From Desulfobacteraceae bacterium (GTDB lineage: Bacteria; Desulfobacterota; Desulfobacteria; Desulfobacterales; Desulfobacteraceae): a stretch of 37,255 nt of DNA. Within the stretch, counting starts at the first letter, position 1. Each line of letters opens with the position of its first letter. Shown here in pieces: positions 25,710 to 35,100 of this stretch. The stretch covers positions 1-37,255 of the forward strand of contig JAWOGI010000227.1 of assembly GCA_046496975.1 (NCBI GenBank). The letters are read 5' to 3'. The notes beneath the pieces are model-generated. The model saw only the letters and a list, made by a program, of their open reading frames with translations, searched no databases and was not told the origin of the DNA. The position numbers and the translations under genes were made by a program.

Positions 25710-26273
25710 TCAGAACGGAATGTCATCCTCAGGGGGTTGACCGCCGCCCTGGCCGGGCATGGCAGGGTTGGGCTGGGACTGGTAGCCCCCTCCCTGGAAA
25801 TCACCGCCCTGGGGGGGAGGCTCAGGCTGAAAACCACCTCCCTGGTTCTGGTTGCCACCTCCCTGGTTCTGGTTGCCGCCTCCCTGATTCTGATATCCTC
25901 CGCCTTGTCCCTGGTAACCACCGCCGCCGCCCTGGCCCTGACCCGGCTTACCGCCGAGGAACTGGACCACATTGGCAATAATGTCGGTGCTGTAATGGGT
26001 CTGGCCCTCTTTTTCATAGGAACTTGTCTGGAGTTTTCCCTCGACATAGGCCTGGCTACCCTTGGAAAGGTATCGCTCACAGTTTTCCCCCTGCTTGCCG
26101 AAAACCGTGACCCGGTGCCATTCCGTCCGATCCTGCCGCTGGCCCTGTTTGTCCGTCCACTGCTCGCTTGTGGCGATTGCCAGCTTGACAACCGCTGTTC
26201 CCTGCTGGGAATACCTGATTTCAGGGTCTCGTCCCAAATTTCCAACAATTATAACCTTATTGATACCAGCCAT
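25710..26273 (-). CDS. ssb: Single-stranded DNA-binding protein
   Basis: 187 aa. OB-fold N-terminus [21 protein letters not shown], Gly/Gln/Asn-rich linker, acidic tip DDIPF. Confidence 0.95.
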   Translation of the reverse strand: MAGINKVIIVGNLGRDPEIRYSQQGTAVVKLAIATSEQWTDKQGQRQDRTEWHRVTVFGKQGENCERYLSKGSQAYVEGKLQTSSYEKEGQTHYSTDIIANVVQFLGGKPGQGQGGGGGYQGQGGGYQNQGGGNQNQGGGNQNQGGGFQPEPPPQGGDFQGGGYQSQPNPAMPGQGGGQPPEDDIPF

Positions 26274-26343
26274 TGGTAATCTCCTGTTTCTTTCTTCTGT
26301 TTCTGTTTGGGGTTAGCAGATTTATCTAAATTAAGGTGGCAAA

Positions 26344-26372
26344 AGTTTACCTGATTCATGCTTTTCTGTCAA
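26344..26372 (-). promoter_or_regulatory. Candidate sigma70 promoter of ssb
   Basis: On the minus strand: TTGACA (26367-26372), 17-nt spacer, TAAACT (26344-26349), about 65 nt upstream of the ATG. RBS aggaga. Confidence 0.5.
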
Positions 26373-26592
26373 ATTGAATAAACCATAACACAATATCGAC
26401 AAGATGGCAAAAAAACGTTCCTGCTCTGGATAAACCAGATTTCAACCATATTTACAGGTATTTACAGCTTGATTTGCAGCGGAGGAACCCACCAGCCAAC
26501 GGATTTGGACCGGTATTCTGATCAAACCCCGAATAAAACCCCGGATAAAACTGTGCTTTATTGCATGCACCATTGAGATTTTCAAGCTCCTA

Positions 26593-26621
26593 TTGACAGG
26601 AAGATTCTCTTGGCCTAATCT
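26593..26621 (+). promoter_or_regulatory. Candidate sigma70 promoter of the PAS kinase gene
   Basis: TTGACA (26593-26598), 17-nt spacer, TAATCT (26616-26621). This implies a ~200-nt leader before ATG 26833. Confidence 0.4.
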
Positions 26622-26832
26622 GTAACAGTGGCAGCCTCTCCTGGCCTGGCAAAGAACCGGCATCAGCTGCTGCTGCCTTACAACACCACCAGACAAACAC
26701 GGTCATGAAACCAAAGGTCTTTCGCATAATTCCGGCCATGCAAAGGAAGGGTCCAACACCGACGGATGTGACCAGGAGCCTCATCAAGCCCAACCATAAC
26801 AAACAATTAAAACCCGGGTAAGGAGATGTATC

Positions 26833-28656
26833 ATGACGGATAACACACCGAAAATACTGGATGCCCTGGATGCTTTTGAGGATGGTATTTATATTGTCAG
26901 CAGGAATTATAGAGTTGAGTACATGAACAAATTCATGAAAGAGCTGTTTGGCGACGGCATCGGCCAGCGATGCCACAAGGTGCTCAACGGATCCGATTCC
27001 CCCTGCCACTGGTGCAACAGCGATAAAATTTTTATCAACAATAAGCCCCACCACAGTGAAGTTTATCTTGCATCGGTTGACAAGACATTTTTCCTGTCCG
27101 AGCTGCCTGTAACCAACAAGGATAAAACCAGATCCAAACTCTCCATCTACCACGACATCACCCGGAGAAAAGATCAGGAAGCTAAGCTTGAATCCTCCAA
27201 AAAGAGTTATCAGCGACTTTTCAACCACGTAGGATGCGGTGTGTTTATCAGCAGCAAACGGGGGCGGTTTCTCGATGTCAACCCGGCTCTTTTGAAAATT
27301 CTCGGCTACCATAACAAGGAGGAGTTTCTCTCCCTTGACCTTGCCACCGATGTCTATTTACGGCCGGAGGACCGGCTGAACTATATGAAAATCATCGAAA
27401 AAAAAGGGAAGGTTGTTGACTATGAGGTTCAGTGGCGGCGGCGGGACGGTCACATCCTTGACATCCTCTTGACCAGCAATGTCCGGTATGACACCAATGG
27501 CGAGGTCCTCGGCTATGAAGGAATCGTCGTGGACCAGACCAGGAGAAAGAAGCAGGAAAACGCCGTCAAAGAGGCCCACGATTTTCTTGACAAGCTGATC
27601 TCATGCTCCCCCAATGCCATAATGGCCATGGGCATGGGAGGGGTGATAAAAATCTGGAACAAGGGCGCCGAGGAAATTTTCGGCTACAGTGCCGAAGAAG
27701 TGATCGGAAAAATGAAGGTCCAGCAGATTTTTTCCAAAGAGATCAGCGCCAATGTCATGGAATTGATGCGGGATGAAGGGTACGGCGGCAGAGGCCGGCT
27801 CACCTCCTATCCATTGAACTATACAAAAGACAACAACGAGGTGGTTGAAGGCAACCTCTCCGCCGGCATTATTTACGACCGGAACGGCCAAGAACTGGCA
27901 TCGGTTGCCACCTTTCTCGATTTAAAAGAACGGCTCCAGGCGGAAAGGGAGCTCAACGATGCCAGGCAGCATCTCCTTCAGTCGGAAAAACTCGCTGCCA
28001 TGGGACGACTCACCTCCCAGATCGCCCATGAAATGAACAACCCCCTCTTTGGCATCATGAACACCCTGGAACTGATGAAGACCGAAATTTCCCCCCAGAA
28101 CAAACGGCGAAAGCTTCTGGACATGTCCCTGTCCGAGATAGAGCGCCTGGCTGACATGCTCAGGAAAATGCTCTCGTTTTCAAAACCTGACCAGGCGGAA
28201 CGGCTGGAGATAGACATCAACGTGATCATTGACGAATTGATGCTGCTGTACGAAAAAAGGTTCAGGGAGAACGGCATCAAAACGACCCTGACCCTTGCTG
28301 AAGATATTGGGATGGTTCTGGCATCCAGGGACCAGCTGCGCCAGGTGTTCATCAACCTCTTTTCCAATGCCATGGATGCCATGCCCGACGGCGGGAGCCT
28401 TGACATCGAAACCAAAGCCGACGAAAAAAAACTCTACGTAATTGTCCAGGACAGTGGCACGGGGATCAAACCCGGTCATATTGAAAAGGTGTTTGACTCT
28501 TTTTTCACAACCAAGAAAGAGAACGTCCAGGGAGCAGGCCTGGGGCTCTCCGTCTGCTACGGGTTCATCAGGGAGCACGGCGGAAACATCGTTGTTGAAT
28601 CCCGGGAAGGGGAATGGACCCGGTTTACAATAACCCTTCCCTGGGCCGACACCTGA
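26833..28656 (+). CDS. Cytoplasmic multi-PAS sensor histidine kinase
   Basis: 607 aa, no TM segments, three PAS-like blocks (the first has CHKV..SPCHWC cysteines). H-box AHEMNNPL, N box NLFSNAMDA, DSGTGI, FDSFFTTK, GAGLGLS. Confidence 0.85.
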   Translation: MTDNTPKILDALDAFEDGIYIVSRNYRVEYMNKFMKELFGDGIGQRCHKVLNGSDSPCHWCNSDKIFINNKPHHSEVYLASVDKTFFLSELPVTNKDKTRSKLSIYHDITRRKDQEAKLESSKKSYQRLFNHVGCGVFISSKRGRFLDVNPALLKILGYHNKEEFLSLDLATDVYLRPEDRLNYMKIIEKKGKVVDYEVQWRRRDGHILDILLTSNVRYDTNGEVLGYEGIVVDQTRRKKQENAVKEAHDFLDKLISCSPNAIMAMGMGGVIKIWNKGAEEIFGYSAEEVIGKMKVQQIFSKEISANVMELMRDEGYGGRGRLTSYPLNYTKDNNEVVEGNLSAGIIYDRNGQELASVATFLDLKERLQAERELNDARQHLLQSEKLAAMGRLTSQIAHEMNNPLFGIMNTLELMKTEISPQNKRRKLLDMSLSEIERLADMLRKMLSFSKPDQAERLEIDINVIIDELMLLYEKRFRENGIKTTLTLAEDIGMVLASRDQLRQVFINLFSNAMDAMPDGGSLDIETKADEKKLYVIVQDSGTGIKPGHIEKVFDSFFTTKKENVQGAGLGLSVCYGFIREHGGNIVVESREGEWTRFTITLPWADT

Positions 28657-28730
28657 TCCGCCACTTTTCAATCCTGGTTGTTCCCTGCACCCCCGGTTCG
28701 CCCCTCACCGGTGGCGGATGCTGCTTTTTC
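28656..28730 (+). terminator. Possible terminator structure after the PAS kinase
   Basis: atccgccac (28656-28664) pairs with gtggcggat (28711-28719) around an inner ccggt..accgg stem, followed by gctgcttttt. The large loop makes it atypical. Confidence 0.3.
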
Positions 28731-28736
28731 AGACCA

Positions 28737-29046
28737 TTTTTTTATATGAAAGCCGTCAGCCATCAGTACTCAGCTAAAAGCTAACTGCTAACAGCTAACA
28801 GCTTTCATGCTTTGTTGTGTCCGCAAGGACATGGGGGTTTTATAAGAAAGTCCGGCCAAACGACTGTTATCGCAGGATTTTCAATCTTCGTTGTGGCCGA
28901 TTCCATCACCATGGGCCGGCCATGCCGGTTTATATGAAAGTCGTGTTGCACCGGCAGCCGATTCGGCTTGGCTCCGCGTCTACGACCCTACCTTTGTTGT
29001 GAGCACGCTTCTCATGATCGTTATTTAAATCGTTATGAAAACGGAT
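28737..29046 (-). repeat. Hairpin-repeat family 1, large cluster C (inverted copy of B)
   Basis: The reverse complement of 23735-24133 aligns over most of its length by eye (same unit order, several indels). It carries a 7 x 7-nt array at 28752-28800. Outer end ..ctttgttgtgagcacgcttctcatgatcgttat. Confidence 0.85.
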
Positions 29047-29295
29047 CTCGAAACAGGGTAATTCGTCGGAAAACTGGGCCTGCTACTGTTTTCCAAAAAA
29101 AACTATAATAACTGACCTGAACGAAGCTGAAACAACAGCAAAAAACAGCAAAATCTTGTTTTAATTGATAAAAACACCACACCCCCGAATGGTGATTATT
29201 TAATAAATTTTATTCATTTTTTTCTTGACAAAATGAAATACCTATAATAACTATAATAATCAACCCACACAAATCCCAAAAAAAAGGGGGTACAT

Positions 29296-29868
29296 ATGGA
29301 AGATACATTGACTGTATTCACAGCCAGCAAGTATTGCAATGTCTCGTCAAAAACCATTATAAACTGGGTGGAAAACGGGCATATCAAAGCATACAAGACC
29401 GTTGGCGGCCACAGACGAATCAAGAAAAACGACCTTGAAAGCTTTATGAACAGCCAGGGCATTCCCATCCCCGAAGCAAAAGAGGAGAGCGTCAGAAAGA
29501 AAATCCTTGTGGTTGACGACGACATGATCATTGTCGAATCCATTGTCCAGTCCCTGGAAGAAGATGAGTTTGACTACGAGGTGGTCTCCGCCTCGGACGG
29601 TTTTGAGGCAGGACTCCAGGTCAACCACTTCCACCCGGACCTTCTGATCCTTGACATCATGATGCCGGACATCAAGGGGTATGAAGTGTGCCGGAAGATC
29701 AAGCAGAACGAAAAGACGAAACAGACGAAAATCATCGTTTTGTCCGCCTATCTCGACGACGACAAATTCGCTTTGATGAAAGAGAACGGAGCGGACCTCT
29801 GCCTGTCAAAACCCATTCCTCTGAGCCGGCTCAAGGATGAAGTGGCCAGCTTACTCGGATTAAAATAG
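29296..29868 (+). CDS. Response regulator with N-terminal MerR/excisionase-type HTH and C-terminal receiver domain
   Basis: 190 aa. ..YCNVSSKTIINWVENGHIKAYKTVGGHRRIKKNDL (HTH_17-like), then KKILVVDDD..DLLILDIMMPDIKG..IIVLSAY..LSKP. Confidence 0.8.
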   Translation: MEDTLTVFTASKYCNVSSKTIINWVENGHIKAYKTVGGHRRIKKNDLESFMNSQGIPIPEAKEESVRKKILVVDDDMIIVESIVQSLEEDEFDYEVVSASDGFEAGLQVNHFHPDLLILDIMMPDIKGYEVCRKIKQNEKTKQTKIIVLSAYLDDDKFALMKENGADLCLSKPIPLSRLKDEVASLLGLK

Positions 29869-29881
29869 CAAGGAGGGAGCC

Positions 29882-30757
29882 ATGAATTTAAAAGAATCTT
29901 TCGAAAAAAAACGGTTTGTTGTCACCTCTGAAATACAGGTTCCCCTGACCGATGAAGAACCGGGGGGGGAGCAGAGCCTGGACCGTATCAAAGGGCGGGT
30001 GGACGGCCTCTCCGTCCAGGAGACCGAGTTTGAAGGGGTTGTGACCGACACCATAAAAACCTGCAGCCTTCTGAAACAGAACAATTTCAACGCCATCTAC
30101 CAGACCACCACAAGGGACAAGAACCGCTTCCAGCTGCAAAAGGATTTGACCCTGGCCCATGACACCGGTGTGGAGAACCTCCTTGTCTTTACCGAGGATT
30201 ACAGGATCACCGGGGACACCCTCCAGGAATCGATGTTCTTCCACGTTGATTCAGGAAAAATCGCCTCGGTTCTGGACCTTCTGAAAAAAGGAGAGACCGT
30301 TGAGGGAGAATCCCTGGACAAACAAATCGAGTTCGTACTGGGTTCCGGCATAGAGACCCCCTGGGGAAGAACCATGCCCAAACGGGGCATGGAAGAGATG
30401 GAGGACATGCTCAATGTGGGGGCAGGCTACTTTCTGACAACCCCGATTTTTGATGTGGAGCAGTTTGCAAAATTCATGAAGCAGGTGGATCCGTTCAAGG
30501 TGCCGGTGATTGCCGAGGTGATGATTTTGAGAACGGCAGGCATGGGAAAATTCCTCAACCGCCACTTTAAATCCGGTCTGGTACCGGACTGGGTGATCCA
30601 GAAGCTGATGAAGGCCCCGGACAAGCAGCGGGCCAGCATGGAGCTCTTTGCCGACACCGTCAACAGCCTCAAGGACATCTGCCAGGGGATCCATATCATC
30701 ACCATCGGCGGGGTGGACAATCTGGTGCCCTACCTCAATGCGGCAAAACTGCGATGA
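29882..30757 (+). CDS. metF: Methylenetetrahydrofolate reductase (short MetF type of Wood-Ljungdahl organisms)
   Basis: 291 aa. The N-terminal FVVTSEIQ.P pattern, TIM-barrel-like periodicity and the Hdr/MvhD gene context resemble acetogen/sulfate-reducer MetF. Assigned from memory, no search. Confidence 0.65.
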   Translation: MNLKESFEKKRFVVTSEIQVPLTDEEPGGEQSLDRIKGRVDGLSVQETEFEGVVTDTIKTCSLLKQNNFNAIYQTTTRDKNRFQLQKDLTLAHDTGVENLLVFTEDYRITGDTLQESMFFHVDSGKIASVLDLLKKGETVEGESLDKQIEFVLGSGIETPWGRTMPKRGMEEMEDMLNVGAGYFLTTPIFDVEQFAKFMKQVDPFKVPVIAEVMILRTAGMGKFLNRHFKSGLVPDWVIQKLMKAPDKQRASMELFADTVNSLKDICQGIHIITIGGVDNLVPYLNAAKLR

Positions 30758-30850
30758 TCACCAACACCGGGAGTCGAAGTCTTGTGTCGTAAAACAACGG
30801 CGCTAAAAAACTGCCGATTTCAAAACACCCTTTAAAAGGAGAGTGGTAAA

Positions 30851-32152
30851 ATGGCAGAGGCAACGAAGATTGACGAACTTGACAACAGGTTAAAGCAGGA
30901 GATCCTCGAGGTTCTTCCCGAAGGAAATTTTGATCTCTGTTTCACCTGCGGCACCTGTACGGGCGGATGTCCCGCCTCGGAGCAGTTTGACATGGACCCA
31001 AGAAAACTGATCCGGATGCTCAATCTGGGGCTGGACGAGCAGGTCAGGCAGACTCCCTGGATCTGGGTCTGCAGCATGTGCGCACGGTGCGTGTTTGCCT
31101 GCCCCATGAACGTGGACATTCCCAAACTGGTCTACAACCTGCGGAAAAGCGTACCCAGGGAACAGCGGCCCAAGGGGATCATGGGCTCCTGCGACCAGCA
31201 CATCCGGTCGGGCAATGCCATGGGGGTTCCCAAGGATGATTTTGTCTTCACCGTGACCGATGTTGCCGAGGAGATCGCAGAGGAAGACCCCCTTTTCAAG
31301 GACCTAACCGTCACCGTGGACAGGAAAGGCGCCAATATGGTTCTCAACCAGAACTCCAGGGAACCGGTCACCGAGCCCGATGAGCTTGGTCCTTTGTGGA
31401 AGATTCTCCACACTGTGAAAGCCGACTGGACCTACCCCTCCATCATGTGGGCAGGGGAAAACTACTGCATGTTTCTCGCCGATGACGAAGGGTGGAGATA
31501 CATCATCGAAGAATTCACCTATCACATTGACAACAACATCAAGGCCCCCCTGGTGGTCAACACCGAGTGAGGCCACTCCTATTATGCAATCCTGGAAGGG
31601 TTGCGAAAATTCAATATCCCCCACAAGTTCCAGCTGATTACCATCATCGAGCTTTACGCCCAGTGGATCAGAGAGGGGAAACTAAAGGTGAATTCCGACT
31701 GGAACCGGGATTTGAAGGTGAAATTCACCGTCCAGGACCCGTGCAACATTGCCCGGAAAATCGGATCCAACAGGATTGTCGATGACCTGAGGTTTGTGGT
31801 CAAGCGTGTTGCCGGCGAAGAGAACTTCATCGAAAGCGTTCCCAGCCGGGAGAACAACTTCTGCTGCGGCGGGGGCGGAGGCGCCTTGCAGGCGGGATTT
31901 ACCGACCAGAGGCAGGCCTACGGCCGGACAAAATTCAACCAGATTGCCGCAACAGGGGCCGACTATGTGATCGCCCCCTGCCACAACTGCCACAGCCAGA
32001 TCGAAGACATCGGCCGCCTTTACGGCGGAAGCTACCATGTGGTGCATCTCTGGACGATCATCTGCCTTGCCATGGGAGTGCTGGGCGAAAACGAAAGGAG
32101 CTATCTTGGCCCCGACCTTGCCGAGGCAGGGTTAAACCGGGACAAATTGTGA
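30851..32152 (+). CDS. HdrD/GlpC-type Fe-S oxidoreductase (HdrC-like 2x[4Fe-4S] + two CCG domains), selenocysteine at UGA 31568-31570
   Basis: ORFs 30851..31570 and 31601..32152 share one frame with only the TGA between them. Motifs: CFTCGTCTGGCP and CSMCARCVFACP, then ..VVNTE-U-GHS.. and DPCN..FCCGGGGG..APCHNCHSQ. There is a hairpin 16 nt after the UGA. Confidence 0.7.
31586..31604 (+). other. Candidate bacterial SECIS hairpin
   Basis: gcaatcc-tggaa-gggttgc: 7-bp stem including one G-U pair, 5-nt loop containing GG. It starts 16 nt downstream of UGA 31568-31570. Confidence 0.5.
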
Positions 32153-32174
32153 TCAAGCCCAAGGAGGTATTCAA

Positions 32175-35100
32175 ATGGCCAACAACGGCAGAGGGTCGGT
32201 AATGGTAATCGGCGCCGGCATTGCAGGCATCCAGGCGGCTCTGGACCTGGCGGATTCGGGATATTTCGTCTACCTTGCCGATAAAAACACAGCCATTGGC
32301 GGAGCAATGGCCCAGCTTGACAAGACCTTCCCCACCAATGACTGCTCCATGTGCATCATCTCGCCCAAGCTCGTCGAAGCGGGCAGGCACCTGAACATCG
32401 AGCTTATCACCATGGCCGAACTTGACGGGGTAGCGGGCAGGGAAGGCGACTTTACCGTAACAATCAAAGAACACCCCCGGTTCATAGACCTTGAAAAATG
32501 CACGGCCTGCGGCGAATGCGCCAAGGTCTGTCCGGTGGAGCTGTCAAGCCAGTTCGACGAAAACCTTGCAACCAGGAAGGCGGCCTTCAAGCTCTATCCC
32601 CAGGCCATGCCCTCGGGGTATGTCCTGGAGAAAAGAGATTGGGCCCCCTGCCGCAGGGCCTGCCCCGCCGGGCTCAATGTCCAGGGATACGTGCAGATGG
32701 TCAAGGAGGGAAAATACCGGGAGGCACTGGAGATCATCATGGAGCAGCTCCCCCTGCCCGGGGTTCTGGGCAGGATCTGCCCCCACTCCTGCGAAGAGGC
32801 CTGCCAGCGGTGCCTGGTGGATGAACCCGTTGCCATCCGGGATCTGAAGCGCCTGGCCGCCGACCGGTTTGACCCGGCAGAAGTGGAGATTGCCTGCGCA
32901 GCAAAAACGGGAAAAAAGGTCGCCATTGTCGGCTCCGGGCCCGCCGGTCTTTCCGCCGGGTACCACCTTGCCAGAAGCGGGGTGGAGGCCACCATCTTCG
33001 AGGCCCTCCCCCTTGCCGGGGGCATGCTCAGGGTAGGCATCCCCGACCACCGCCTGCCAGGGGATGTGCTGGAGAGGGAGATCGCCCTGGTCACCGCCCT
33101 GGGGGTTGAAATCCGGTGCAACACCCGCCTTGGAAGGGATTTTTCCCTGGAGAGCCTGGAAGAGGACGGCTTTGATGCGATCTTCCTCGCCCTGGGCGCC
33201 CACAAGGGGATCGCCCCGGGCCTTCCCGGTGAAGAGCTTGACAATGTCTGCCAGGGGGTGGATTTCCTCCGGGAGCTGAACCTGACGGGAACGGTGAAGA
33301 GCGGCCGGCAAGTGGTGATTATCGGCGGCGGCAACGTGGCCATTGACGTGGCAAGGGCCGCCCTTCGCCTGGGGACCCAAGAAGTGACCATCCTCTACCG
33401 CCGGACCCGAACAGAGATGCCGGCCTGGGAAGAGGAGATCACGGCGGCCGAAGGGGAAGGGGCCAAGATCGTCTACCTTGCCTCGCCAACGGCCGTTGTC
33501 GGCGAAGAGAACAAAGTCAAGGCCCTCCAGGTGATCCGGATGGAACTCGGCGAACCGGACCAATCCGGCAGGAGGCGGCCCGTTCCCCTGCCCGGCACGG
33601 AATACGAGCTGGCCTGTGACCAGGTTGTTCTGGCCATCGGCCAGCGGCCGGACATATCCGGTGTGAAAGACTCCCAAGAGGTTGCAACCAGCCGCTGGGA
33701 CACCCTCGAGGCAGACCCGGTCACCCTTGCCACGGGCCGCAAAGGGGTCTTTGCCGGTGGGGACGCCATGACCGGCCCGGCCACTGCCATCGAGGCCGTT
33801 GCCGCCGGCATGGCTGCCGCCCGCTCCATCTGCCGTTACCTTGAAGGCGAAAGCATGCCGGCCGGCCGGCACCAGGCCGGAAAAGAGGAGAGGGAAGAAA
33901 AAAGTCCCGATATCAGGCCGGTTCCACCTGACACACCGGTGATTCCCCGGTACAAACCACAACAGCTTGCCTTTGCAAAACGAGCAGGAAACTTTGACGA
34001 GGTGGACCTGGGGTACGGTGACGCGGAGGGAAGAAAAGAGGCAGAACGCTGCCTGAACTGCGGGTACTGCTCGGAATGCATGCAGTGCGTCAAGGCGTGC
34101 CTTGCCAATGCCGTGGACCACACCATGGCAGAACAGACAAAAGAGCTCCATGTGGGGGCCGTTATCCTCTCCCCGGGGTTTACCCCCTTTGACCCCTCTG
34201 ACATGACCTCTTACTGCTACGGCCACAGCCCCAACGTCATGACCAGCCTGGAATTTGAGAGAATCCTCTCCGCCTCGGGACCCTTTGCCGGTCACCTGGT
34301 CCGGCCGTCGGACCGTCGTCAGCCGAAAAAGATCGCCTGGCTCCAGTGCGTAGGCTCCAGGGACATCAACAGGGGGGACCACGCCTACTGCTCCAGTGTC
34401 TGCTGCATGTATGCCAACAAACAGGCCATTATCGCCAAGGAGCACAGTCCCGACGGGCTGGATACTGCGATCTTCTTCATGGACATGCGAACCCACGGCA
34501 AGGAGTTTGACAAATACCAGATGCGGGCCGAAGATGACAGCGGGGTGCGGTTCATCCGGTCGAGGATCCACTCGGTGTTTCCCGAACCCGGCGACCGCTA
34601 CAGGCTTGTCTATGCCAGTGAAGGGGGCAGCACCGCAGAGGAGGTCTTCGACATGGTGGTGCTCTCCATCGGACTGGCTCCCAACCGGGATGCAAAAGCC
34701 CTTGCCGAAAAAACAGGCATCCGCCTGAACAGCCACGGATTTGCCGAAACGGACAACCTCTCGCCGGTGAGCACCAGCCGCAAGGGGATTTACGTGTGCG
34801 GAGCCTTTCAGGAACCCAAGGACATTCCCTCGTCGGTGATGGAGGCGTCGGCAGCGGCGGCAGAGGCCTCAGCAGCCCTCAAGGAGCACCGGTGGCAGGA
34901 GACCAGAGTCCGGCAATTGCCCGAGGAAACCGATGTTAGCGGGCAGACGCCCCGCATCGGGGTCTTTGTCTGCAACTGCGGAATCAACATCGGCGGCATT
35001 GCCGATGTACCGGCGGTGAGAGCGTATGCGGCCACCCTCCCCTTTGTTGTCCATGTCGAGGAGAATCTGTTCACCTGCTCCCAGGACACCCAGGAAAAAA

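Noticed and set aside
29225-29259. Simple sigma70 promoter TTGACA + TATAAT upstream of the regulator gene.
   Set aside because: The spacer to the two TATAAT strings is 13 or 22 nt, and the hexamers at 16-18 nt are poor (ATAACT, TAACTA, AACTAT). It is reported only as a repeated motif of unclear role.
32544-34736. 730-aa ORF on the minus strand opposite hdrA. Similar long antisense ORFs occur at 155..1150, 6495..7505, 14184..15317, 17404..18714, 26590..27312 and 36054..36887.
   Set aside because: Each lies fully inside a gene with clear family motifs on the other strand. Their translations are Gly/Pro/Arg/His-rich low-complexity strings without motifs. These are typical shadow ORFs of GC-biased codon usage.
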